This document shows, one piece after another, positions 35,199-46,113 of a stretch of DNA of 64,000 bases; position 1 is the first letter of the stretch; each line of letters starts with the position of its first letter. Location: contig JBHGNT010000002.1 in assembly GCA_043228905.1 (NCBI GenBank), positions 9,610,001-9,674,000 on the forward strand, written 5' to 3'. The DNA is from Azolla caroliniana. Its lineage: Eukaryota > Plantae > Polypodiophyta. The position numbers and the translations under genes were made by a program. The notes beneath the pieces were generated by a model, which was not told where the DNA came from, made no database searches, and saw only the letters and a list, made by a program, of their open reading frames with translations.

Positions 35199-36330
35199 AT
35201 GGCCACTGTTAGCGCTCAAGAATATCAATCTGTTGTTTTGGAGTTGCAATGCGTGAAAGAGAAGTTTCTTGCAGTGGAACAAGAAAATCAACGACTGTTG
35301 GGGGAGCTTCAACAAATCTCCTTAGAGAAGTAGTAGACGCAACAACAACACGGGGAACTAGCGTTACGCATGCAACAGCTCGAAGCAACCATAGTAGCAA
35401 TGCAACAACAAGGACCCAATACACAAGGAGTTCATAAAGAACCCAAGATCGGCCTTGCCATGAAATTCGATGGAACGTGATCACAATTTAGAGGATTCCT
35501 TAATCAAGTACAATTAGCGATTCAAATGCATCCTTCCCGATATCCCACCGATGCATCACGAGTGGGTTTAGTCGGCACGTTGTTAAGTGGCTCCACTTTG
35601 GCATGGTTCGCTCCGTTGTTAGAAAAGGAATCTCCTTTACTAAACAATTTTGAATAGTTTTTAAGTGAGTTTAAAGCTTGTTTTGGAGATACTGACATCA
35701 TAAGGACAATACTCAACAAAATTCGACGATTAAATCAAGGTGATCTTCTAGCCTCCGCATACGCTACAGATTTCCGCCTACTTGCCTCCGATATCCCCTG
35801 GGATGACCAAGCACTTATGGAGCAATTTCGTATGGTCTACGTAACGATGTCAAGGATTTACTCTTGACCTTCCTCGAAGAACCAAAGTCATTGATAGAAG
35901 CAATCAGTCGCGCGGTGAGATGTGACAACCGTCTTTTCAATTCCAAATGCCAAGGGCTAAATCAGAGCCGACCTACACCTCAGTGGTAACAAAACCTTTT
36001 CCAAGGGATTCATATAAGGCGTCTCTAGTGAATACTCCAACTCAGATGGAAATTGACACTACACGTCGTCGTGGACCATTATCGGAAGAAGAAAAGCAGC
36101 AACGCCGAGCAAATCGACTATGTCTTTATTGTGGTGGACCAGGGCATATTGTAGTGAACTGTCCCCATAGGCCAAGAAGACAGGTGAACCAAATAGTTGC
36201 TAGTTCTAATTGTACTAAACTCGAGTCTATTTCAATAGGAATATCTGATAGTCCTAATAGTACTAATAGCCCAAATCTATCGAACAAATTTGATGTCCTT
36301 AGTCAGTTAGAAGAAGAGTTAAACGACTAA
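35199..36330 (+). pseudogene. gag: Gag of chromovirus B
   Basis: MATVSAQEY start, CLYCGGPGHIVVNC, ELND-stop; frameshifts and stops. Confidence 0.87.
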
Positions 36331-39300
36331 GTCCAGCCAAAATAGGAGCCGTTTGGTTGGACAACCCTAGATCTTTGCAGCCCATTAGTGGTTCCATTCC
36401 CTCTAAGAAAGTTAGCAATGTGTTCTTAGCCCAAGTAACCGTTAGTACCAAAAATACCTCTCCAGTACATGTCTCAGCACTCCTAGATTCCAGAGCTAAT
36501 TCTTGCTTCATGGATAGGAATTTTGCCCAAGCTCATTAGATATCCCTAAGAAAACTCCCGTGTCCAGCCTCTGTAGTAGTCATTGATGGTTGTTCCATTG
36601 CTTCCGGAAATATCATAGAAGAGTCAGAGCCCGTTAATATTGTCCTAGATAATTTAGCGTGTGTAGTATCCTTTGATATAATTAGTATCCCAGAACATCC
36701 TATTGTTTTGGGATTACCATGGTTCGAATTACATAACCCAGACATAGTTTGGAGAACAAGAGAAATCCGGTATCGACAAACCCGAGGATTTACTCATAAG
36801 ATTGTAACCATTTCACTACATCAGTTGCGTGGGGAAAGATGCAAGGAAGAAATGTTTCGCTTCGTGGTATTAGTAAAACCCTCCAACACCATTAAAGAGG
36901 AGTCCACCGTTCAACTTCCAGAGAAGTATCATCATTATGCCCATGTATTCGATAAAGTACAAGCCAATACGCTTCCTCACCATCGACCGTCTGATTGCCC
37001 CATCGATTTACAACCGGGAAAAGAGGCACCATGGGGACTGATCTACAATTTGTCACCAACCGAGCTAGAAGTCCTTCAAGCCTATATAGAGGAGAATTTG
37101 GCAAATGGTTTCATTCGACATTTGAAATCTCCAACCGGCGCACCCATTTTCTTTGTCAAGAAAAAGGATGGATCACTTTGTCTCATCGTAGATTACCGTG
37201 TCTTGAATAAGGTCACCATCAGGAATAGGTACACACTTCCCCTTATCTCAAGTCTTTTAGAACAGATCAATGGTGCAAGGTTCTTCACAAAGATCGACTT
37301 ACGAGGAGCATATAACCTCGTACAAATCCAACTAGGAGATGAAACGAAGACCACGTTTTGCACCAAATATGGGCACTTCGAGTATACGGTCATGCGATTC
37401 GGTCTCACTAATGCGCCAACAGTCTTCCAACACATGGAAAATGATATATTCCAAGATCTCTTGGATGTTTGTTTGATCATCTATTTGGAGGATCTACTGG
37501 TTTATTCGAAGACCCAAGAAGAGCATGATTCTCATGTACTGTTAGTACTAAAACGACTTCGAGAACATGTTCTTTATGCAAAGCTGGAAAAATGTAGTTT
37601 CGAGTGCAACCAGGTAGAATTTCTGGGCTATGTCATTTCCTCGGAAGGCATCTCCATGGATCCAGCTAAGGTCAGAACGGTGGTAGAGTGGCAGACTCCG
37701 CATTCGCTGCGAGATGTGCAATGCTTTTTAGGCATTGCCAATTTCTACCACAAGTTTATACATGATTAGTCAAAGCTTGTTCTGCCTCGCACACAACTCA
37801 CCAGGACATAGCTTTTGAGGGTCTTAAGAAGGCATTTACATCAGCTCCTATTCTGGCTCATGTTGATCCGGAAAAACCATTCATCATCGAAGCAGACACG
37901 TAAGATTTCGCGTTGGGTAGCATTCTGTCATAACAAGGCGATGATGAAAAGCTCACGCAAGTTGACGCCGCCGAAATCAACTATAAAATTCATGATAAGG
38001 ATCTATTAGCAATAGTGGACTTTTTTGCACAATGGAGGCATTTTCTAGAGGGATCTTCTCATCAAGTCACCGTATTTAGTGATCACAAAAACCTTGCCTA
38101 CTTTCAAAATGTTCGTGTGTTAAATCAACGTCAAGCTCGGTGGGCCCAATTCCTCACTCGTTTTGACTTCAAAATTACATATCGTCCAGGGATGCAACAA
38201 GGGAAGGCAGATGTATTATCACGACGCTCGTATCTAGCACCACGTCTTGGCGAGCCAGCTTTCGATAACCAAAAGCAAGTAATCCTGGAACTAGCACGAC
38301 TACACACAACGCAGGTCTTCAGAATGCCCTTGGATTCCCACGTTATCGATACCATATGGGAGAACTTGAAGACAGATGCTTTCGCCCAAGCCATTCTAGC
38401 ACAAATTGATCCCTCTCGAGCATCTTGTTCACAGTCACAACAACTAGGTACGGACTATCAACAATTCGAATGTCATGATGGATTACTATTCTTTAAGAAA
38501 CTGTTGTATGTTCCTAATGGTTCTTGTCGCCTTCAAGTAATCCAAAACTATCATGACACATATACATCTGGGCATTTTGGTAGTACTAAAACATTAGATT
38601 TAGTATAACGATCATTCTGGTGGCCCCATATGCGACAATTTGTCGAAGATTTTGTTCGGACTTGTGATACATGTTACAGAGCAAAAATGCCAAGGCATCA
38701 TCCATATGGTTTATTAGAACCATTACCAATTCCAAGCAAGCCATGGCAATCCATTGCTCTAGATTTCATCACAGATCTTCCGGTCTCTAAGCGATTCGAT
38801 GCGATCTTAACAATAGTAGATCGATATACGAAGATGGCCCATTTTCTGCCATGTACTAAGGAAATCTCTAGTGAGGAAACCGTCGAAACTGTCATGCGTG
38901 AAGTATGTCGGCATCATGGCCTTCCCGATAGTATCATTAGCGATCAAGACCCCAGTTCGTCTCGAAATTCTGGAAGCCTCTTTAAAATGCTCAAGGTCAC
39001 TTCTAACCTCTCCTCCAGCTACCACCCGCAAATAGATGGCCAAGCAGAACGAACAAATCAAACGCTGGAGCAGTATCTTCGGTGCTTTCTAAGCTATCAT
39101 CAAGATGACTGGGAAAATATTTCCCACTTCGCCGAATTTGCGTATAATAACTCTATCCAGTCATCGACAAAGGTTACACCATTTTATGCTTATACGGGCT
39201 GTCACTCCCGGTGGTGTGTATTTGAAACCCTAGAGTTACCCACAAATCCTTGCTCAGAGGATTGTTTGGAGTTGTTACACAAGATACAAGCGGATTTATC

Positions 39301-39732
39301 TACTCATCTATAGCAAGTTCAACAAACACACAAGGTTTACACGGATCGTCATCGTCTTCCATCCAATTTTAACATTGGAGATCAGGTATGGCTACTTCGA
39401 CGACACATCAAGACTACTCGCCCATGCGAGAAGTTGGATTATCGGCGATTAGGTCCTTTCCGTATTATCGGAAAAATTAATGATCTCGCTTTTCATCTTG
39501 ATCTACCTCCACAACTTTGGATACATCTGGTGTTTCATAGTTCTCTCCTCGAACCCTATCAAGACAGCACCATCCCAGGTCTTGTTCGCAACAAGCGAGC
39601 GTACTTGGGAACCAATAGAGAATGTGACCAATGCTCGTGCTCTTCTTGAAGACTTCCATCGTCACTATCTAGACAAACCGGGTCCTCAATATAAAATGTC
39701 TCGTGGCACTCATCGTTTAAAATGGGGGATAA
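36318..39732 (+). pseudogene. pol: Pol of chromovirus B (PR, RT, RNaseH, integrase, partly deleted chromodomain)
   Basis: LLDSRA, KKKDGSLCLIVDYR, FGLTNAP, LGPFRI and ERTWEP; several stops and deletions. Confidence 0.9.
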
Positions 39733-39946
39733 TGTCATACGAAAGATATTATTTTCATTTAAATTTTACTACAGAAAATTGATGTATATTCCACATTTCT
39801 CTACAACATTCTAGAAACTTCAGGAGTACTCCTGAGAACACTATAAAAGGAAGCATTATTTCAAACCAAATCGGTTCAATGCCAGTCTTAAGCCTCCTAA
39901 CTACTATTGTATATTCTCTTAACATAATATATATCTTTTGTTATCA

Positions 39947-39977
<31 letters not shown>

Positions 39978-40397
39978 TACTCTTTCCTTCTCTCGAGAGT
40001 TCTACACCTCCCTTAGTACTAATCCTCATCTTTTAGTACTAATTCCTTCTCTGTCTTAGTATTGTTCCTGACAATACTTCTCTGTCTTAGTACTGCTCCT
40101 GACAGATGGGGCCGTAGCATAGTAAAGAGGGAGTAACAGTCGTAGTGTAGTTAATGAAAGTAACGGTTCACACGCCGAGCATAGGCACCCATGACCCTGT
40201 ATATAAAGGGCATGGAAAACTTGTAAAAAGGGAGCAATAATTTTGTGTTCAAAGTCTAAAATATAGTTTCTTATTGCCTGACTCTCTGTGTTCTCGTACC
40301 TATTCGTGCCGAGTTTATTTTCTCTATGTTGAGCCATATACGTTGTGTGTGCTAGGGCGTAAGAAGTCGGTTGTAGTCGTCTTCCTAATCTCCAACA

Positions 40398-43300
40398 CGT
40401 TCGCGTTCACAAGTGGAAGGATCGCACATAAATGGAAGGATAAGGAATATTTTGATTGATTTTAGTACTTTTTGAATGATTTTACAAAACACATTGATAC
40501 CAGTATCATACATGTTCAAATATACTATGAAAAAGGTTAAAAATCCACTATTTTCGTGATTTAGAAATAAATAACAAAAGAGGAATTTCAAAAAGTTACA
40601 TTCTCAATTTATATCACAACTTTACAACCAATGTTATTTTATAAGAAACGATTTTTTAGAAATCATAAGAACTCAAAACACATCCTTTACTTTTACTCGA
40701 TTTGTTACAAGCGGAATGTAGTTACACTTAATAGCCAAAAATACATTCATGATCACTCCTTTACGGAGAATCGCTACTATAACTAATATACAATGACGAT
40801 TCCTCCTCGTCATCCACAGATGTACCAATCAGTGCATTATCTTCGTCATAAACCAAATGGTTTGACTCTAGATTATATGTAGCAGATCTCGTTTGCCTTC
40901 GACTCGAGCCACCTTGTAGACCTAGTAATTTTTCTTTTATTATATCTATTGTTGACTTCCTTAATCGTCCGGCTTTTGTAAGCGTGAAGTCGTACACGAT
41001 GATATCCACATCAGAGATATCAAGGTTCGAGGTGTTACGAATGTTTCGCTTCCTCTTCCTACTTCCCCTTGTCGTTGGGCATTCAATCCTCTCCAATGTA
41101 TACTTAACCGTAAAAGCATTTGCATTTCTAGTGTTGTACCAATGAACGTTTATAGACTTGATCGTGTTTTCTATTTCATGCATTAGCACTTCTAGAATTT
41201 TACCAACCCAAAATTGGTGGCCATGTGAGTTCTCATCAGCCGGTGTTGCAATCAACATCCCCACCGTGAGCTCTTGCAAATTGCCTTGCCATCTAGCTTC
41301 GGCTGCTTTGGTCATCCTTGGTCCCACATAAATGTCTCTTTGTTGTGGATGGACCAAACTGTCATTAATCGCATTTGTTGGTTGCTCCGGAGTTTTATTT
41401 ACACGATCATGTTGTAGCGACCATGTGAATGGCATTTCCAAATTCCAATTATCACCAAATACACAATTGTCTATAATTCCTTTCTGATCACTGAAAAATA
41501 CATCCCACCATGATGTGTCTTGTTGTGCGGCATATTTCTTTGCGGCCTCAATATGCTTTCTTTTTTCTTCTAAGGCTTGGAGCCATAATTGTTTTTGTTC
41601 CGATACCAAGTCACTATGCAACTATCCTTTCTTCTCAATTGGCATTTATTTAGCTCCATGGACAACTGTACTCGGCATACAAAGTAATAACTGGAAACCA
41701 CCTTTCAGGTTCCCATGTTGTAGAAGATGAATATTGTTTAGCATACAAAAGCGTAGAACCACTTATTTCATTTTTCTTTATCATAAAAATGTGATTGAAT
41801 CTTATATTGTTTAATTGGGCGAGCACTTTAACATTCCCAACACCCCCATCTAATATATATCTCTTAAAGTCATATACCTCCTTCAAGTGTAACACTTTTG
41901 GGCGTGGTGTGTATGCATCACAAATTACATCAAATAGTTTTGGTAATGTGAAAGCATCATGCCGAGACAACTGTCTAGAGAATGTGCTAAATATCTTATC
42001 TATATGATCATGTGTGTGGCCAACCAAAAGAAAATTGACTTTCACTTTTCTAAACAATCCTTGGTTGACCAACATACTTAGATAGCCAAACATAGTTGAA
42101 TTTTTGTTCTCTCTAGTAGTATTGTCCTATTGAATGTATAGAACAGGGGGGAACGGTTGGCCCCAAGACATCAAAACTTGGTGAATCACTGTAACTGTTA
42201 GGTTAGGGTCATTGTGAACATTGGGGTATGTAATGAAGATGTGAGGTCCAACAGACCTATTATAAGCCAAGCATCCCACCAAGTGCATTTGAACAAGGCA
42301 CTCATCATTGATGTCTTTGGGGAGCCTCTGCATATGCGGCAAGCACGTCTTCTTCTGGTCCATGCCATCTATCGTTAAGCACATGTATTATTCGGGCCTC
42401 TTCAAACACTTCTCTCTATGATGCATCACCTTCTTTCATTCTAATGATTGTGCCTCACGATGCTCCTGTAGTAACTTCTTAATGATATCCTTTTCCATTG
42501 ATGTCTTTGCACCTTAGCCAAACTTTTAAGATTTGCACAAATGGAGCAATACCCCATGCGTACTTTATGCAGAATGATAACATTTGAAAACCGAGCTCTC
42601 CATAATCTTGTGAATTGGCTATATGTGACAGATTTATTACGTGAGCCCACCATATTTGATCGATAGACATCATTAACTTCCCGACGTGTGTAATTATCAG
42701 AGACGTGCATCCTACCTGTAGTGGGCATTACCTCACAATTTAACTGAAAGTAACTTTTTATCCAACCAATAGCATGTCTTCCAATTGCACCTTTAATACT
42801 TGGAACCTATTTATTTGATCCCCGTACATTTGTCAGACACTAGTTGCATATGTGACCCGAGGTAAGTGTCTTGGTCATCAATAGTCATCGAAAAATATTA
42901 TGCCTTAATTCTCACAACTTTGATTTTCCAATCATAGACATACAACCACGGGCAAAACATATTTTGTTGACATCAAATCCAATCTGCTTATCTGATGTCA
43001 CCAAGTTAAATCTGGCTAGACGAATTCTACATGGGATTCTTCTAATATGCATAGGGCTTCCAGATTTCTCTTCCTGTATAGAAGTTGGGGTAACCTTGTT
43101 ACAATCCAATTCTTTGTTGTGACCATCACCCATGATATTCGATGTTTCATTGGCACTACCTTCATTCTCCGTATCTTTATTAATATTGTATACTTCAATA
43201 GAGAACTCTTCACATGTGTCATTATTCACATGTGTTGTAGGTGAAGATGAGCTCAGACAATACTCTTCGATAGAAATGGGTGAGTCTGTCGACAGACATT

Positions 43301-43420
43301 ATTCTTCAATAGAAAATGGTGAGTCTGTTAAAAGACAATACTTTTCAATGGAAAAGGCAAAGTCTGATGACAAACAATATTCTTCAATCAAGAACGGTGA
43401 GTCTTCACTCATGGCTTAAG
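40398..43420 (-). pseudogene. Sola1-like DDE transposase pseudogene, copy 2, with 3' flank
   Basis: ORFs 42127-42384 (IDGMDQKKTCLP), 41650-42093 (LVGHTHDHIDKIFS) and 40761-41621 align with copy 1; 3' flank GGAAGGAT...AAGGATAAGGAATATT shared with 9255-9300. Confidence 0.72.
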
Positions 43421-43518
43421 GTCCACATAGAGCTCTTCAAGTTATGTGCTTGGGCTAATATAAAAAACTAATAAGATCCTCTCTAAACATAAACTCCCTC
43501 AATATAAATTATGTCTAT

Positions 43519-46004
43519 TGTAGAAAGTAGCGTGCGGAAGCAGGTTTGAAGACAGAACAGAGGAAGGAAACACAGGTTTAATGGAGAGCTTGGACTTACA
43601 CGGTATACGCGAGAGAGATAGAGAGAGAAACACAAAAAACTATATTTCACAATAATACTCAATCTCTGTACATAAGACGTGCTCAGTGAGCACTTTTATA
43701 CAAGTCCTAGAAGGACTGACTGAAGTACTGACAGTACTTCAATGCTCATCAAGAGCCCCTACACTAACTCCCAAATATATTCCTCACGGAATATCTTTCC
43801 TAACGACCTAACCGATCAGTCCCAACCGATCCGGTCCTCGGCTTCTTCAGCCGATCCGGCCGATGTTGAGCTTGTCTCTCAACACTCCCCCTCAAGCTCA
43901 ACTCGAGGCTCTTCGGAATCCTCGAGCTCACGGCTCCGGTTCCTCCTGGCTTCACGCCTCGCTCGCGCTCCTCGACCTGTTCGTCTCCGCGCGCTTTGAC
44001 CTTTCCGGTCGGCTTGTATGCTTATGCGGCCTTTATCAGCTCTTCTGCTGTTGCGGTGTTGACGCTTCTTCTGCTGCCTTTTCTTCCGCTTGGGCCTCGG
44101 TTGATTCAGCTTATCTAAATCAAACATCCGAACCGACTCGGCTACCTCCGATCGGTTTTCGCTCTCGTCCGAGTTGGCTGTCTCCAACTCGTCTTCGGTT
44201 TTCTCGCCCTCAATGGCGTCATCTCCCCTATCCGTGGTTGGCTTCGGCTCTCTCCTTCGGCTGCTCCCCTTCTGTCCGCTTTTGAACTTCTCCGCGGGTC
44301 CGTCCTCGGCTTCTTCAGCCGATCCGAAGTCGCCCTCGGCTTCTTCAGCCGATCCGTCTTCAGCCGAGTCAACAAACGAGTCAAACGACTCGGTGTCATG
44401 GTCACCGCTCCTTTCCTGCTGCCTTGCTTGGTCGTTCGGGACTGTTCTCCCCCTCAAGTTCGGCACGTCAAGGTGACGCAACCCGAGCGCAACTGAGAAT
44501 TGCCGCAACTTGTCCAGACCAAGAGGCTTGGTGAAGATGTCGGCAGCCTGCCGATCCGTCGGAACGTACTGAAGTTCGACTTCACCGGAAAGGACACGCT
44601 CACGGACGAAGTGGTAGTGCACCTCAATGTGCTTGGTCCGTACGTGAAAGACGGGGTTCTTCGCGAGTTGGATGCTGCTGAGGTTGTCGCAGTAGATCGT
44701 CGTTGGATTAGACACCTCCTCTTGCAGGTCCTTAAGTAGCTGCTTCAACCATATGGTTTCGCATGTCGCGACAGCTGCTCCTCGGTACTCATCTTCGGTG
44801 CTCGACAGTGCAACTGTCGGCTGCTTCTTACTGCTCCACGCGATCGAGGCACTCCCGAGGGAGAACGTGTATCTAGACGTGGATCGGCGATCGGTGGCGT
44901 TGCCAGCCCAATCAGCATCGGTGTAGCCGACTAACTGTGCGGCTGCACCAGTCCGATATAGCAGTCCCCGATCCTTAGTGCCGTTGACATACCGAAGTAT
45001 GCGTTGCGCACACTGAAGGTGCTCCTCGGTAGGTCGCGCCATGAACTGACTGATCACCCCGACCGGATAACTGAGGTCGGGTCGGGTGATGGTCAAGTAT
45101 ATGAGGCTTCCGACAATTTGTCGGAACCTCGTCGGGTCGCATTCCTTTCCCGTATCGGGATGAAGCTTCACGGTTCTATCCAGAGGAGTCGAGACGGACT
45201 TACAGTCGGCCATCCCGAGCTTGAAGAGCATACTCAGCACGTAATGACGTTGGCTAATCAATATGCCTTCGGGGGTACGGATCACTTCGATCCCGAGGAA
45301 GTAATGAAGGTCCCCCAGATCCTTCATGTCGAACGATGCCGCAAGCTGGAGCTTCACGCGGTCGATTTCACCTAGGTCGGCGCCGGTGATGACCAAGTCA
45401 TCAACATACAGTAAAATACTAACCGGTTCGAGTCGACCTTTCCGGATGAACAGGGAAGAGTCTGATTTTGACGTGACGAAGCCCATCCGACGCAGTTGTT
45501 GCGTTATCTTCGTGTTCCAGGCACACGGGGCTTGCTTCAGTCCGTAAAGGGACTTCTTCAGTCGGCATATTGCCGAGGAGTTCGTGCCGGAGTGAAATCC
45601 GGGGGGTTGTACCATGTACACCTGTTCCTCAAGGTCACCTTGCAGGAACGCATTCTTTACATCCATCTGATGTAAGTGCCACCCCTTGGCCGCGGCTATT
45701 ACCAGCAAAACACGGACAGTCGTCATTTTCGCGACCGGCGCAAACGTCTCATCGTAGTCGATGCCATGTTTCTACGCATAGCCCTTTGCCACTAGCCGAG
45801 CCTTGTACCGGTTAACCGAGCCATCGGTGTTGTACTTGACCTTGTACACCCACCTACACCCGATCGGCTTCACACCCTTCGGTGCGTCAACCAGGTCCCA
45901 GGTCTCGTTCTCCGCCAATGCGTGCATCTCTTCCTCCATCGCGACGCGCCAATTCGCGTCCTTCGCCGCTTCTGCGTAGCTCTCCGGCTCACGCACTTCC
46001 GCTA
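43519..46004 (-). mobile_element. Copia (same family as 11772-29277), 3' part, cut by the assembly gap
   Basis: 3' LTR 43519-43884, PPT at 43885-43895, RT/RNaseH ORFs 45772-45996 and 43879-45726. Confidence 0.93.
43879..46004 (-). pseudogene. pol: Copia RT-RNaseH with a C-terminal extension of about 190 aa; one in-frame stop at about 45772
   Basis: [21 protein letters not shown] and TKHIEVHYHFVRE; the frame continues past LRG to a stop inside the LTR. Confidence 0.9.
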
Positions 46005-46104
46005 NNNNNNNNNNNNNNNNNNNNNNNNNNNNNNNNNNNNNNNNNNNNNNNNNNNNNNNNNNNNNNNNNNNNNNNNNNNNNNNNNNNNNNNNNNNNNNNN
46101 NNNN
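46005..46104. other. Assembly gap (100 N)
   Basis: Run of N; contiguity across it is unverified. Confidence 1.
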
Positions 46105-46113
46105 ACATCAACG

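Larger units (their letters stand above)
34679..40104 (+). mobile_element. Gypsy chromovirus (Tcn1-like), copy B, older, TSD GGTGG/GATGG
   Basis: LTRs 34679-35103 and 39733-40104; PPT before 39733; flanks 34674-34678 and 40105-40109 differ by one base. Confidence 0.92.
32062..40397 (+). mobile_element. Decayed, 5'-truncated Copia (integrase, RT, partial RNaseH) with its LTR split by chromovirus B
   Basis: IDDYSRHTWIY, CKWVYKVK and LYVDD fragments related to the 11772 family; LTR TGTTGG (34592-34678) ... CCAACA (40110-40397). Confidence 0.8.

Noticed and set aside
6919-40109. Four of five TSDs end in GG on the plus strand (CTAGG, TATGG, GTTGG, GGTGG)
   Set aside because: Very small sample, different integrases and orientations; likely chance.
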